Below are positions 55,115 to 56,212 of a stretch of 56,212 nt of DNA, piece after piece (within the stretch, counting starts at the first letter, position 1; each line of letters begins with the position of its first letter). Position numbers and translations under genes: made by a program. Location: NCBI GenBank assembly GCA_043228905.1, contig JBHGNT010000191.1, forward strand, positions 1 through 56,212, in the 5' to 3' direction. This DNA comes from Azolla caroliniana (Eukaryota; Plantae; Polypodiophyta). Below the pieces are notes generated by a model. The model did no database searches. It saw only the letters and a list, made by a program, of their open reading frames with translations, and was not told the origin of the DNA.

Positions 55115-56212
55115 ACGACAATATCATATATTAAATTTCGGACGCATATCATGTGTTAACTGTTTGACGACTCAAAAACTCAAGACCTAAAGTAGATGTT
55201 ACGATAATGTACAATTAACAAAATAGTCAATATTATGTTTGAAGGATTCATGACGAACATTACTTTGATTTTTCTCTCCTAACATCAATTTCTAAACTTA
55301 ATCCCATTATTCGATTAATGGTAGAGGTTTCAAATGAAATTGGACAAAACCTTATGTTGTTCGGGACAACAAGAAGCAGTATCTTTGGTTGTGGTTATTC
55401 GTCAACATTGGTACGACAAATTGGTACACCAACAATTATAGTTTGGATAACTGGATACAATTTCAAAAAATACGCATAGATTGCAGAATAATGGTCAAAT
55501 GTCGATGAGCATTGCACCATGTTTCTTTATTTGTAACAAAGGGCTAGAATGGTACATTAACTATTTCATTTACTAAATGAATTCCATTGTAATCAAGTTG
55601 CCTCGGATCCTTGCTTTCTACCTGAGACGCCCGGGTACAAGTAGATCTATCATATATCATGAGTTAATGTGGCATCGATAAAAACCCTTGACATTACTAA
55701 ATGTTAAAAATGAAAGTGTGTTAGAATAATCCTCAGTTTTTTGTTGATGCTTGCAAACTTAATCCCATTATTCAATTAATAGGAGAGGTTTCAAATGAAA
55801 TTTGACAAAACATTAGGTTGTTCGGGACAAGAAGAAACAATATATTTAGTCGTGGTTATTTGTCAGCATGGTTACGACAAATTAGTACACCGACAATTAT
55901 AGTTTGGATAACTTCATAGAGTTTCCCGAAATACGCATAGATTGTAGAATAATGGTGAACTCTCGATCAACATTGCGTCATAGTTCTTTATTTGAAGCAA
56001 AGCACTAGAATATTATATTAACTAATTCATGTACTGAATCAATTCTATTGTAGTCTAGTTGGTTCGGATCCTTGTTTTTTACACGAGACTCCGGGGTACA
56101 ACAATAGCCATTGGAAAAACTAGATACATCATAGATCATTATGTAATGTCACATCGATAAAACCCCTTGAAATGATTAAATGTTAAAAACGAGAGTGTGT
56201 GAGAGCAATCCT

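Larger units (their letters stand above)
38862..56212 (+). repeat. Right tRNA-Glu macrosatellite array, ~10.7 monomers of 1618 bp
   Basis: tRNA starts spaced exactly 1618 bp apart; same orientation and architecture as the left array; runs off the window end. Confidence 0.99.

Overview
Land-plant nuclear DNA, inferred from a plant-type tRNA-Glu and an RH37/RH52-like helicase; the species cannot be determined. About 70% of the window is a head-to-tail macrosatellite in which every ~1.6-kb monomer carries one intact tRNA-Glu(CTC) gene plus four decayed tRNA-Glu remnants. It forms two separately homogenised blocks: 1-21876 (1622-bp period, 13 tRNA genes) and ~38862-56212 (1618-bp period, 10 tRNA genes plus one border pseudogene). 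Between them lie three things. (i) An 8.6-kb foreign block (21877-30512) made of a 5'-truncated Copia element, the intron-containing 3' half of a DDX3/Ded1-type DEAD-box helicase gene, and a 3'-truncated second Copia. (ii) Diverged relic satellite units that show a shorter ancestral repeat. (iii) A full-length 6.9-kb Ty3/Gypsy element inserted in the anticodon arm of a tRNA-Glu copy, with a 4-bp TSD, a tRNA-Trp PBS and a candidate -1 ribosomal frameshift between Gag-protease and RT. No intact host protein-coding gene is present. All counts were read by eye.
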